From positions 159,063,862 to 159,127,861 of the forward strand of contig NC_068983.1 of NCBI RefSeq assembly GCF_001194135.2: a stretch of DNA of 64,000 nucleotides, given 5' to 3'. Below, in pieces: positions 13,806-27,217 of this stretch. The number at the start of each line of letters is the position of its first letter. Position 1 is the first letter of the stretch. The notes under the pieces are model-generated. The model did no database searches and was not told the DNA's origin. It worked only from the letters and a program-made list of their open reading frames with translations. Both the position numbers and the translations under genes were made by a program. The stretch is from Octopus bimaculoides (lineage: Eukaryota).

Positions 13806-16800
13806 TCCAACATTTTTTTTTTGAAATATCTTTCTCATCAGTGTATCTTTGTAGGATTTACTTGACGTCATCTATGTTTGTCAATTTGTAAGTTGAAATA
13901 CAAGGAGATACACTGATAATTTATACATGGATTTGTAACTACACATATACCATTTTTGATCTAAGATAATAGTATATGGTAATGTAGATTTCATTGAAAA
14001 CTTTTTTGTCTAGAAACCTTGACATTTTATTAAGTAGATGGGAAATTAAAAGTGTCTAAATACATACCCTGGGGTAAGTAAACTAAAACAGTTTTAGTTG
14101 TAGTTTAAAGTAATATTGTTTTTATTATTTCCTTTCATGGATCTCTATGATTCATTGGACCTTTGTTCGTCTTTATATACTATCCATGTAATTTTTTTTT
14201 AACTATATCCAAATGTTTCCTTCATTTAATAGCTACTAACTATTGGAGTTTTGTTTTCTTTATAGGCTCGTTGTATTGAATGTTGATCGAGGAATGAAAT
14301 ATGAGCAAGCTTTAAGTATGTATGAGAATCACAAAGGCAAAGGTGGTTTTTACCTTTCAAAGGGTCAGCCATTTGGTCGTAAACTCTGTTTGTTGGCACT
14401 TTCCAAAGACAACTCTAAAAATATCTTCAAAGTAGCCAGGTTTGTTAATTTATTTCTGCAATCATCTTCTTAATAATATTTTCAGAATGGTGGCTATGAA
14501 AACTGATATTAATGTGTGTGTGTAATTTAGTAGTAAAGTGTCATACAGTAAAAGATAGTTAATGTAACTTTACTCATTCAGTTTTAGGAAGTTAACTGCT
14601 GTTTAAATCTGTCCTATAACAATTATTTCAGCTATTTCATTGTTGCCATATAACAAGTCTCATGCTTTATGAGAGAAATGCACTTAAAAAAAAAAAATAT
14701 AGAAACAGAATGAACATAACTAGCATGTAAGAGAATCATTCTGGCGATTCAGAGAATTTTAATGTATTTTGTGAGTTGATCCTTTTGCTTCCTTAGTGAA
14801 CCATTACATGATCTGTTTAATACCTGATGAGCCTGTTTCTAAACAACATAGCCCATATTGTGTGTGTATTCCATTTTGCTTGAAATGTTAACCCATTTTT
14901 GAAATTGAAACATAGAATTACAATAATATTAGCAGTCGTAGTAGCTGGATGTTTTTTATGAAGTTTTCTTGAGCTATTTTGATGATCTACTTTCATAGCA
15001 TCAAATTTTCTACTTGACATCCAAAACATCCTTTTTGGCATAATTTAAGGTAATAATAATTTGGGCCATTTATATTTCTGGAAAACATTTTACGCTGAAC
15101 ATTAGTTAAAAATATTACCTGTTGTAAATTATTTACTAATTTATTAAATTACACCCAAAGCCTATAACCTACTGAATTGTTTTGGGCATGAGTGATTATA
15201 TCTCTGTTGTCTTCTCTAAGGTTAAGTTACCACAAGTAAATAGAATGTAATAAACTAAACTTCTCAAGGTACCTATGTACAGTTGACTAGATTGAGTATA
15301 AATGTTGGTAATGATATATTTACCCTTGACTTTCCAATGGATCTGCTTCTTGTTTTAGACTAGGCTCGTAACTCTCAAAAATATTTATTCATTTTTTATT
15401 CTATTTCTTTTTACTGATGAACCTGTTAATGTTGATGTCTTTTCATTAATTAGGCCGAATACTGGTGTATCAGCATTTGAAATGGAGAAGTCAGACTTAC
15501 ATGCAAAATACTCAAAAATTAGCCTCATTGATGCAGGTAAATAATGTTTATTTTTGTATACATGTGATTGATAGTATTAATTAGTGATTGATTTATATAT
15601 GTTTGGATAATTTTTGAACACTTTTATCTTAAAGAGGATTCATATAGCCTTACTTAATGAATGGTCTGCTATGTTTTATACATATGTGAATCAATTTTTT
15701 TTTTTACTTCATGATTCTGGGAAAGTGATGGAGAAATTAAAGTCTTGGTTAAAAGATAATGTGATGGAAAACTAAAGATCATAACCTACAGATACTGTGG
15801 TTTTAGTTAATGTCAATACCTATATACTCCTGAAATAGGTACCACAGCTTTTCAATTTATTGATATTCAGAAAGATAACCAATTTATGCAAACATTGATG
15901 TATACATGTTTCTAATAGTCCGTTGTGTTGTTTTTGAAGTTCTCAAGGACAAAATGTGATTGGTATGTCATGTAAAAGAAAAATGTAAGGTGGATATCGC
16001 CTGTGGAGAGAAGAAAGTTTTGTGTGATGTTTTTTATTTGTCATAGGTGTTCACTTACTCTAAGTGATAATTTGCTTCAAACACTTTACCTAAAGTCAGT
16101 AATGTGTCTTTTTCATTGTTGATTTTTTTTCATGGAAGGCACTAATTTATTCAAGCATTCTGTGAACTAGATCATCAGCACATTAGAGTTCTCACAGACA
16201 GCTGGTTTTAAATACTTCTGTTATGGCTTGCTGGATTATAATAAATAGAAGAATGGAGTCTTGGTCAGCCACTGCTTGTACACTATATTTGTTGCTGTGC
16301 TCATTTCTGACTGTCACCTTGCTGATTGCACTTCTGAGAAATGACTTATACAGCTTTTACAAGTCATTCCACTGCTAGCTTCTTTAGTAACCAACAGATT
16401 ACAGAGGGATCTGAGGAAGGTATTACTGATCACTGGTTACTAAGAGATCCAGCTTCATGAATGCTAGGTATACTGGACTTAGTCCCCTTAGCTAAATACT
16501 TCTGAAGTTTTCTCATTAGCAATATAGCATCTGTAATACTTCTTACTGGTACAAAGCTGATTTGTACCACCACCACCACCTCTTCCTCATCCCCGTCGTT
16601 CAACGTCCATTTCCCATGCCAGCATGGGTTGGATGGTTTGACTGGAGCTGTCCAGGCTCCAATTGTCTGTTTTGACATGGTTTCTATAGCTGGATGCCTT
16701 TCCTAATGTTGACTGCATCCTGTCTAATTCTTCTTTTAATCAATTGTGCTGTGGTTTTTTCGTTAACTTTCATAACTTGATCTAAAAATTCAGTACCTCT

Positions 16801-19800
16801 GTAATTTCTTCTTACTAGTGCATCTCCTTTGCCCTTATGGGAGTATGCCAGTGATTGTGTACGACATCTTGTACTACCTGATTGACTATGTGGGTAACTA
16901 GCTTGTTCCTTTCTCTGCCAGATATTTTAAGTATCCAGCAGTAATTCCTGATGGATTCTATGCTTTCCCTGCTCTCATACCATTAATTAATTTGTCTACC
17001 ATACTATCAATTTGAAAGGCTGGCCTCTGTTAAGTTGGGGGTACTGGATATGGGCAGATTTCATGCCATACCCTGTTTCACAAACTTCTTGACTGAAGAG
17101 AGTGGAGTAATGGTGGAAGAGAAGTAGGATGATAAACGTTGTTGATGGAAGAACTGAATACAGCTAGATCAAATTCTATTTCTCTTTACGTAGGCAGCAT
17201 AACACAGTTGATAGGTGAGTGCCAGATGGGAGAGTAAAGAAGAGAACAGTAGTTGGAAGCTTAACAGGAATATAATAGCTGAGAGGCCTCTATAGATATA
17301 TTACACATCCCAGCGTCCTCCACCACCGCCACCACCATGTTCATTTGTGCAGCTGCTTTTCCATGCATGCCTCAATGTGTGGATTTTCTTCAGTGTCTCA
17401 CCACTCTCTACAGTTGCTTGTCATCTCTTTTATGATGTTCCTGTTTCCTGAGCACAGTCTTTACTGCTTCATCCCATGTCTTCATATGTCTCTCACTTCC
17501 ACGGTCTTAGATGCTTGGTACTCTATATAGCTAACATTCTACATATGCACCACATGTATTTATCAGTGTAGTCTTCTCTCTTGCATCCTATGTCTGATTC
17601 TTTTATCCAGCTCACTGGTGCTCTGTCATTCATGAAATGGGGCATACTTGTTTAATTTCTTCTCAGTCATTACAAATATTCAGCATTCAGAGCCCATGTC
17701 TTACTACTACTTTGCAGTATTACACTTCATACATAAGCATCATACAATCTGTTTATTACTAGCTGAAATAATAGCTCCCTGATCTTTCTGCACCTTGCTC
17801 TTACTCTAAGTGAACTATACTTTTAGAAAACCTACCTCCAAAAGCTATCAACTGCTGATTGTGAGGATTTATTTTATGCATGTTGTTATTGTTAACTGCT
17901 CCTGTGATTTTTTTTCTATGTGTAAAGTCTACCTTAACTGCCAGCCTGCTTGTGATCCCAGTACACTTATGAATCGCTGGTATACAGCAGTAACACTGTA
18001 TGAAATTGTTTTTTGCTTCTTTCCTGCTTGTTGAGTGCTACCATTTTCCTGACAGTTGAAGATTTCTTGCTTAATAAACTTTAGTCTTCGCTAAAGTTTA
18101 CTTCAAAGCCTTAGCAGCATGTTGGAGTTTCATCGATAGCCATTATGACCTGGAGGACTGTAGTAAACAGGAGAGGTCTAACAGTTTTGTTGTACGCCTA
18201 CCTGCACACTAAATCTATTTAGCCACTCATCTACTCTTAATTTCCTTAGTAACCACCAGATGGCAAAGACCTCTAAGTTAATGAATCCTAGATGTAGGAG
18301 TTTACTTTCAGTTAAGTGCCTTTCTTGGAGTTGTCTATCTGCAAAGATGGCATTGATAATAGTATTTTTTCTTGGTACAAAAGATGATGTGCATCTCATC
18401 TAGGTGAATTTGGTTTCTAATTAATTGTGTTATAACACTTCTTGTACATGTAATGTTATCAGAAAGTTTCTTGGTTTCATGTCCTTTGCTTATACTGTTC
18501 ATTAGAAATGCACATGCAGCTCATGATCATTGGTAGATAATTTATTGATTCAATTTAGAAATAGGCTGAATGCTATATACTCATGTTGAGCTATTTGGTG
18601 TTTTGTTACATTATGTTAGAACAGCTTTTATATTTTTATTATGGTTGATAGATTCAACAAATATATATATGTATCAGATTTTGCATGAAGCTCAACAAAT
18701 CTATCAACACCCTAAAATAGCTTTGCGAGTTTTTTTTTTTTGACAAACACAGGTTTTGGAGTGAATTGCATGTTTTAATGATACTTAAGTGTTAGTTCAA
18801 GGTAACTAATCATTAGCAAAAATGCCAGAAAGTATGAACAATTATTTGAACTTAATCTGTGATGACTGTCACTGAATAAATATTCAACTGTCTCATCATC
18901 ATCATCATCATCGTCGTTTAATGTCCGCTTTCCATGCTAGCATGGGTTGGACAATTTGACTGAGGACTGGTGGACCAGGAGGCGACACCAGGCTCCAATC
19001 TGATTTGGCAGAGTTTCTACAGCTGGATGCCCTTCCTAACACCAACCACTCTGAGAGTGTAGTGGGTGCTTTTACGTGCCACCGGCGTGAAGGCCAGTCA
19101 GGTGGTACTGGCAACGGCCATGCTTGAAATGGTGTATTTTATGTGTCACCTGCACAGGAGCCAGTCCATCAGCACTGGCAACGATCTCGCTCGAATGCCT
19201 TCTGTTAAGGAGTCAAGTGATTCTTATGGAAAACCTCAACATACATAATGTTACCACAAAGTTTATCCTCTAGTTCTTGACATTTGAATAAAAGCTGTGT
19301 GTACTACAGTGTGAGAAGGTCAGCACCAAATGTATACTTTTAATCATTTCTCAAAACCAGTTCAGTGTTATTTATTTTTTTAATTTTTAAAAGTATATTT
19401 CTTTTCTCTCATAACTGATTATATCTCTTTAATGATTGCTTATTAACATATTCATTTTCTCCATCTCTGATACAAATTAGAGTTTGAAGCTAATTGTTAT
19501 TTAATTGCAAAATCAATTTTAATAGGCAATGTAGTAAACATTTTTTAACCCTTTTTCTACCAACTTGCCTGATACTGCCCAGGTTCTGTGATGCGAATTT
19601 CCTGTTCTAAAATGATCTAATTTAAAACATTCCATCAAAATTCTATTTTAATTTATGTTCCAAATACCAGCTTAGATAATGACTTAGTTTTGGTAAATTC
19701 TTCATCATCGCCTGACTGGCCTTCGTGCAGGTGACACTCTCTGAGCGGTTGGCGTTAGGAAGGGCATCCAGCTGTAGAAACTCTGCCAAATCAGATTGGA

Positions 19801-22800
19801 ACCTGGTGTTGCCATCCGGTTTCACCAGTCCTCAGTCAAATCGTCCAACCCATGCTAGCATGGAAAGCGGACGTTAAACGATGATGGTGATGATGATGAT
19901 GAAAGGCTGTGCATTTCAGCAGAAATATGGCAATAGAAGAGCTATTTTGTATATTGCTAATTTCCTCAAGTCTAGCACTTGATTATAATCCTACCTACAT
20001 TTCAAATTATGAACCAATTAGTTATTACAGAAAGTTACTTGTATTTGATATTAACATCAGGTTTATACCCTTCATCATTATTATTCTCAAAACAACTCTT
20101 ATGAGCATTATCAACATATTGTTTTTCTATCTGTCAAGAGAGTGGAATAAGGTTTAAGAAATAAACTTTTCCTCATTCTTTATGTACTATCATCATCATC
20201 ATCTTCCTCTCTCCTGTTTAACTCTTTTGTACCAATTTCACCTTGAATTAAATATCACTTCTGGCAATTGTCTACTACTAACAAGCTGTCTACAATTAAC
20301 CTCTTCCCACCTTTCTTCTTAGCCTTGAGTGCTTGCTTTGCAGGATTCTATTAGACATCTAATGATTGTACTTCAGTCATTGCAGGACTTCATTAGTTTT
20401 ATCTTCTATTATTTACCATGTTTCATGGTGTGGATATTTTCAACATTACTTCTAATGTCAACTTTACATAAACAGTATCCAGACTGGCCCTCCCCCACTC
20501 AGTATATTAGTCATCATTGCATGTTGAGTATGTAGTATGGTTCTAAAGCAGAGCCATTATGTAACTGCAACAAGTCTGTGGGGTGTGCATAGTCGTTTAT
20601 TTGGCTACTTGCCTGCCATAAGATTGCTCAATCAGCATTGACTTGGAGTACAATAACAACTTCACACAAACCTTTCGTATGAGATTTTATTTCTCATATT
20701 CTCATAAGCACATGACTAGCACACAATTAGTAAGTTGTAACTTGCAAAGATTATTGAATATTTGAAATGAACTGTTATCACATGCAGAAGAAGTAGTCAC
20801 TATGAAGTAAAAGTTGGTATTGGTCAAGAGTTCAGGACTATGTTAAAGCCATTGTGCTATGCCCCTGGGCAAAATATATAAGCATGATTGCCACTGCCTG
20901 GCAATTGATGTCTGAGTGATTTATTGTAGGAAGAGCTTCCACTTGTAAAAACTCCCTCTCTTCTCATTTAGTAAGGGCATCCATCTGTAGAACTGAGAAC
21001 TGTTTCTACTCTGTACCCTGTGCTAGTATAAAATTGTTCATGAAATATACAATGTACTTGTGTGGTATTTTTGAATTTGAGGCATAATTCATTAAATCTA
21101 GAAGCAGTCCACGTATCTCCTTGGACAAATAGGGTCCATAAATTGTTCATTGTACAAGTATCTGTCGAGCATTGTTGTTGTCGTTGGCGTCACCTCCACC
21201 ACTGTCTTCATTCCACATTTGGTTTTTCATGCTGGTGTTGGTTGGACAGTTCATCATTGTTTGAATCAGTTCTTATTTGGAGTTAGTGCCTTTCACCTGA
21301 GTCACAGATCACTTTCCCTCAAACACTCAACTTTTGATATGGCTTCTACAGCTGGCTGCCTTTCCCATCATCAACCGCTTTAAAAAGCACACTGGATGTA
21401 TTTTATCATTGATAACAGCACTAAAGAAATTACTCTATCTTATATCGTCTTCAAATACCTATTCCACTCATACCAGAGAGGTTCTCTTGTTCCCTCTTCC
21501 TTGCATTGTCTCTATTTATTTGTTCTTGTCTGCCTAACTGGATGTGTAAAAAGGCATGTTTTTTTGTTTTCCATCACATCACCATTGCGGTTGTGTAATT
21601 GCCTGACTGGGCTTTTTGGATTTTCGAGCGAGATCGTTGCCAGTGCCCCTGGACTGGCTTGTGCGGGTGGCACATAAAAGACACCATTTCGAGCGTGGCC
21701 GTTGCCAGTATCGCCTGACTGGCCTTCGTGCTGGTGGCACGTAAAAGCACCCACTACACTCTCTGAGTGGTTGGCTTTAGGAAGGGCATCCAGCTGTAGA
21801 AACTCTGCCAAATCAGATTGGAGCCTGGTGTAGCCTTCGGGTTCCACCAGTCCTCAGTCAAATCGTCCAACCCATGCTAGCATGGAAAGCGGACGTTAAA
21901 CGATGGTGATGATGATGATGATGATGACTCCCCTTTCTCTCTCTTTCCCCTCCTATCACTTGCTCTCTTCTAGCCTTGTCTTTAGCCTTTTTATCCATCC
22001 ATCTCCTTCTTTTCACCTTGACCCTCTTCGGTTACACTATTGTTTGGGTTCTCTTCCATTATTCTTACACTCTGTAACCCACTTGCTCCTTATAATTCTG
22101 GTTTTCTTCTATCACTCTCTCTCTTTCTCTCAAACACTGCTTCCAGAGAGAGAGGAAGAGAGAGTGATAGGATGGAAGGAAAGATGGAAAGAAGAAAGAG
22201 ATAAGGAGGAAAGATGGCATAGGCGCAGGAGTGGCTGTGTGGTAAGTAGCCTGCTTACCAACCACATGGTTCCGGGTTCAGTCCCACTGCGTGGCATCTT
22301 GGGCGAATGTCTTCTACTATAACCTTGGGCCGACCAAAGCCTTGTGAGTGGATTTGGTAGACGGAAACTGAAAGAAACCTGTCGTATATATGTATANNNN
22401 NNNNNNNNNNNNNNNNNNNNNNNNNNNNNNNNNNNNTGTGTGTGTGTGTTTGTGGGTCTGTGTTTGTCCCCCTAGCATTGCTTGACAAACGATGCTGGTG
22501 TGTTTATGTCCCCGTAACTTAGCGGTTCGGCAAAAGAGACTGATAGAATAAGTACTAGGCTTACAAAGAATAAGTCCCGGGGTTGATTTGCTCGACTAAA
22601 GGCGGTGCTCCAGCATGGCCACAGTCAAATGACTGAAACAAGTAAAAGAGTAAAAGAGAATGATAAAAGGAGATGGGATGATGAGAGTGGAGTAATAAAA
22701 GAGGGAAAATAATGGGCTGAGGGAGAGAATTAGTAAGTGATAGTTGAGAATATCGAAGAGAGAAAGCTGTAGATAGGAGCAACATGATTAGTGGCATCAT

Positions 22801-23836
22801 TTATAAATAATGTTCTAACTGTAGTCGTCTCATCTTTATTGTGATCATGTTGTGTTAAGATTCTGATATTTTTCAGTTTTGTATTTCTTATTTAATAGTC
22901 AGAAAGGAATTTTGTAAAAGATTTATGTCCAACCCATGCTAGCATGAAACAGGGGCATTAAATGATAATGATGATGATTTAACCTGTACATTGAACAAAT
23001 CTGGAGTCAATTTTAAGACTCTCTTTTATCTTTGCCAGCTAGCTTCAGTTTTATCTTGTGATCATTCCCTCTGCTATGTCCAATGTTTGCAGGTACTCCT
23101 CTCTCGTACATTAGTCCTCCCTTCTGAGCAATATTTTGACATATTAGTCATTAAGGATTACATTTTGATTGTTAATCTGCATTAAATTGATTATATCTTT
23201 GTATGATCTCAATGAATTGATTATGTGACCTGGTTTTGATTTTTGTTTGGGACCATTTCACTTCATTAACAATAACATTTTCTTAAGGTAGTGTATGGTC
23301 ACAACACCAGCACCCTTCACTGTCAATTTCTGAAATGTGTATTTATATGTGTGTATCTAAATAAATATGCTGTTGTCTTTTCAAATAGACATACAGTGTA
23401 AGGCTTTTTTTAAGTGTGCAAGATTTGGAAGTTATGATGTGCATAGCTTTTCCACATATATTAGCAGCATAAAGGAAATGTACTATCTATGATTGAGAAT
23501 TGAAATTAGGTTTATATCTACTTTTGTTGCTTTCACACTCTGATGTTAAAAAAAGCCGTTGCTTATTGAACGATACTATTGTATATGAAAAAATCAATAA
23601 ATGAGGGAAAGGTATATTAAGTTTTTTCAAATTTGTAATCTATAGAGTAAATAAATCACTCTTCTCTCTCTCTCTCCCTCTCTAGTCTCATACTACTCAT
23701 ATTTTTGTTATGATGTCTGCAAGTCAGTTTGCCTAATCAATGTTTAACCTGTTACCTATTCAGTCTGACTGTATATTGTTGTAAGTCTATCCTGATAGCC
23801 TTCCTTATTCTAAAATTCTGCTGCAATGACCATTGG

Positions 23837-23899
<63 letters not shown>

Positions 23900-25239
23900 A
23901 TATAAAATTTTGTATTGCAGACATAGTTATGTAGTTGGAAAGCTTATTTCCTGACCATGTGAGCTTGGGTTTTGTCCTACTGCACAGCACCTTAGACAAG
24001 TGTCTTCTTTTGTAGTCCCGGGTCGACCAAGACCTTGTGAATGGATTTGGAAGATAGAAGCTGTGTATGTATGTATATGTGTACCCTGGTCTTGACATCA
24101 TATGGTGGTTGTAAATGAGCATCATAAGTGACCATGTTCATTTCCTGTCTACCATGGTGAAGTATTGCCTTACTTGCAAACAGGTGTGGGTTAGCGAAGT
24201 GAAGGGCATCCAGCTGTAGAAAATCTGCCACAACAAATTCTGTCCGACTCATACAAGCCTGTAAAAGTGGATGTGAAACGATGATGATGATGTTGTTATG
24301 ACCCTGCTTTTAGAATAGGTACACTTTCCATGAAAAAGAAAAACTGGGATGGGATGACCACGGCTGGAATACCTTAAAGTCTGTACTATCGGGACTGATC
24401 TTGTTTGAACCAACAACTACCATTATTTCTGTCATTTCAATTTTTGTATGCTGTTCTATGTTTCCATAACCACCTGCTTCAGTCATCACTCTTTTACTTT
24501 ATGTCATCATTGACGTGTTGCATTTAAACATTTGATCTGTTTCATTCCAAATCTGTCTACTTCAGCTTCTCACTCCCAACTCGTGACTTTTGTCTGAATT
24601 GTCGTTGTATGTCTAGTGTTTACTAACTGATACTTTTAATGCAAACATTCCCACCTTGTACTCCATCTCTTACAAAATCTACAGACACAAAACATATTGA
24701 CTGTTTCTATCCAATCACTTCAAGATCTCTGGCCTTTACTGTCAGCTCTTCGCTATATATACAGCATCTCACTATTGTTGCATGCATTACTCAATGTAAC
24801 GTTTTGTACAGAAATTATTTTGCTGCCAAGAAAGGTATCAGTTGTCTAATCTCCACCCACTACTGTAGATGCTGCTGTTGCTGGTTCCAGTATCCAATAC
24901 TAATAAATGCATGATACAAAAAAAAAATACATCTTGTTTATCAGATATATGAAACTTAGTCTAAAGCCTTCTCTGAGTCAACAAAATCAATGGGTATATT
25001 CTTTGCAAAGTATATCTCTGGCATTTGTTTCACCAGTTTTTTCGATCCTTTGTGACAATGCCAGCTCATTTCTTATGGGATTGAGCCCTCTCAGTTAACC
25101 ATTTCAAATGAAGTGTGTTTGAAGGTATCCATTTGTATGTACCTACGTTTAACAACATACTGAATAACTAGATATAGTGTATGTTTACATAAATACATAT
25201 ATACATGCAGGAAATAAAGATCACACATATTGATGATTT

Positions 25240-25298
<59 letters not shown>

Positions 25299-27177
25299 TC
25301 ACCATTTAATGTTCATTTTCCACACAGGCGTCGGTTGGACAGCTTGACAGGAGGTGGCCAGCCGGAGAGCTGTGCAGGCTCCAGTTGTCTGTTTTGGCAC
25401 GGTTTCTATGGCTGGTTGCTATTCCTCATGCCAATCACTTTACAAAGTGTAGTGGGTCCTTTTCTATGTGGCACCAGTGCTTCTTAAATGGCACTGGTAT
25501 GGCTGCTTCTTGCGTGTTACCAACATGCCTGTGACACCAGTATGATGTGTATATATGATCAGTGAGTGCACTTTACTTTGTAGTTTTTTATGAAAGTATA
25601 TTCATTCACAATTTTTTTTTTATGTTAGAATGCTAGGAAGTTTAGCATTGATCACAGTTCTTATTTGAAGTTTTGAAGAAACCAGAAAAGTTATTTGAAA
25701 TATAAAAAAGATAAAAAACTAAAAAAAAATGAAAATTTTCTTCAAAACAGGAAGTCTGATAATATAAAACAATGAAGACGAGAGTATTGTGTGAATGAAA
25801 CATTGTCAGACAATGAAATTTTTATTGAAATTGAATCAGTAGTAGAGTTAGCAGTAGTAGTAGTTAGTGTAGCATTTAGTAGCATGTTAGTAGTATTAGA
25901 AATAATATGTGCAATAAAATGACATACAAAAGTCATAACTTATTGGCAATAAAATATTGAACAACCCTATAGATTCATTCTTAAAAATGTGGGTTACCAG
26001 CTGACCACCACTGCTTCACTCACAGCACACAAAGGCCATTCACAGCCATTGGTGGTGGAGGGAAGATTGGTTAAAGTGAATGAGAGGAAAATGGAACAAA
26101 ATCATCCTATAGCATATTTGAAAATCTTTTTTTTTCTTTCAGAATTGTTGTTGATTTTAATTTTCATCTATTTTTGTTGCATTTCTGACCATTAGTTTAT
26201 TCTAAGTATTTTTTCCACACAATCACTTAGAAAACTTTCTGTTAATCTCTGTGTAAAATATCTTCAGCTTTGCTGAGTCTAAACACACTTTTCTTCTTCA
26301 AGATATTTGAATTATTTTTATCCATAATCCTGAAACTGTAAAACCCAACTGGGTCTTAATTTTACTGCTAAGTGCTCTACAAATTAGTGTAGCATGGTTC
26401 AGGAATGTATTTGATCCTGTTGCTGCACTGGATCAGAATGGAAGAGTAACTGAAATAATTTTACTAATTTATAATATTTGCTATGTCCGTGATAATTGAC
26501 AAAGTCCTATTATTTTCTTGAATGATATTAAACTTAAGCTACTGAATTTGTAAAACTTCTTCCTATTGAATGGTTTGAATGTGTATTTTAATTGCTAGAA
26601 AAATGTAATTTCTGATATTCCAACTAAAAACTTATTAAAAGTCTTTTATAATTATTGTTTATAAATTTTGTGCTGTTAGCTTTATTCCTAATTAATTTTA
26701 AAGAACTGTTCTAGATTGATTCGATAAGGTTTACTGTCTTTGCTAGTATTTTTGTTGTACAAATATTTTGATGTTAGAGTTCTGACTGATTTCTCAAAGA
26801 TACAGACTTCCAGCTGTGATCTTATGAGCACATAAGCTACTCTGCAAAATTATTGAACCTGTTTTATCTAAAGGAAAAATTAAAAAAAATCTGATTTCTA
26901 GAAATCCTGAAACATTATCTTTCTAATTGGGCTTTATTGATACAATTTGTATATTTTTTTGTACAAATATGTAAGTATCAAGAGGAAAAGGGTTAGAAGA
27001 GAGTTAATGACCCGCATAGTTGGACCCTTGAGTTTTTTTCCTTATTTAGATTTAATTTATTAATCCACAAAATTTTAGAGCAAAGCATAATTCTTTTAAA
27101 ACAATTTATAAAGCTAATATTTCCATTAAGGCAATATTATATTTTGATTTAAGAGTTGATTTTCTTTTTTAGTCTAA

Positions 27178-27217
<40 letters not shown>

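Noticed and set aside
12454-21847. Recurrent ORFs MKPDGYTRLQSDLAEFLQLDALPNANHSESVVGAF (12454+, 19643-, 21512-, similar at 6017+) suggesting a small protein family
   Set aside because: They are antisense readings of repeat family A copies; the frames break in other copies and continue into unrelated flanks.
26310-26520. Protein-like open stretch PETVKPNWVLILLLSALQISVAWFRNVFDPVAALDQNG
   Set aside because: No ATG, no usable acceptor in frame, no recognisable homology.
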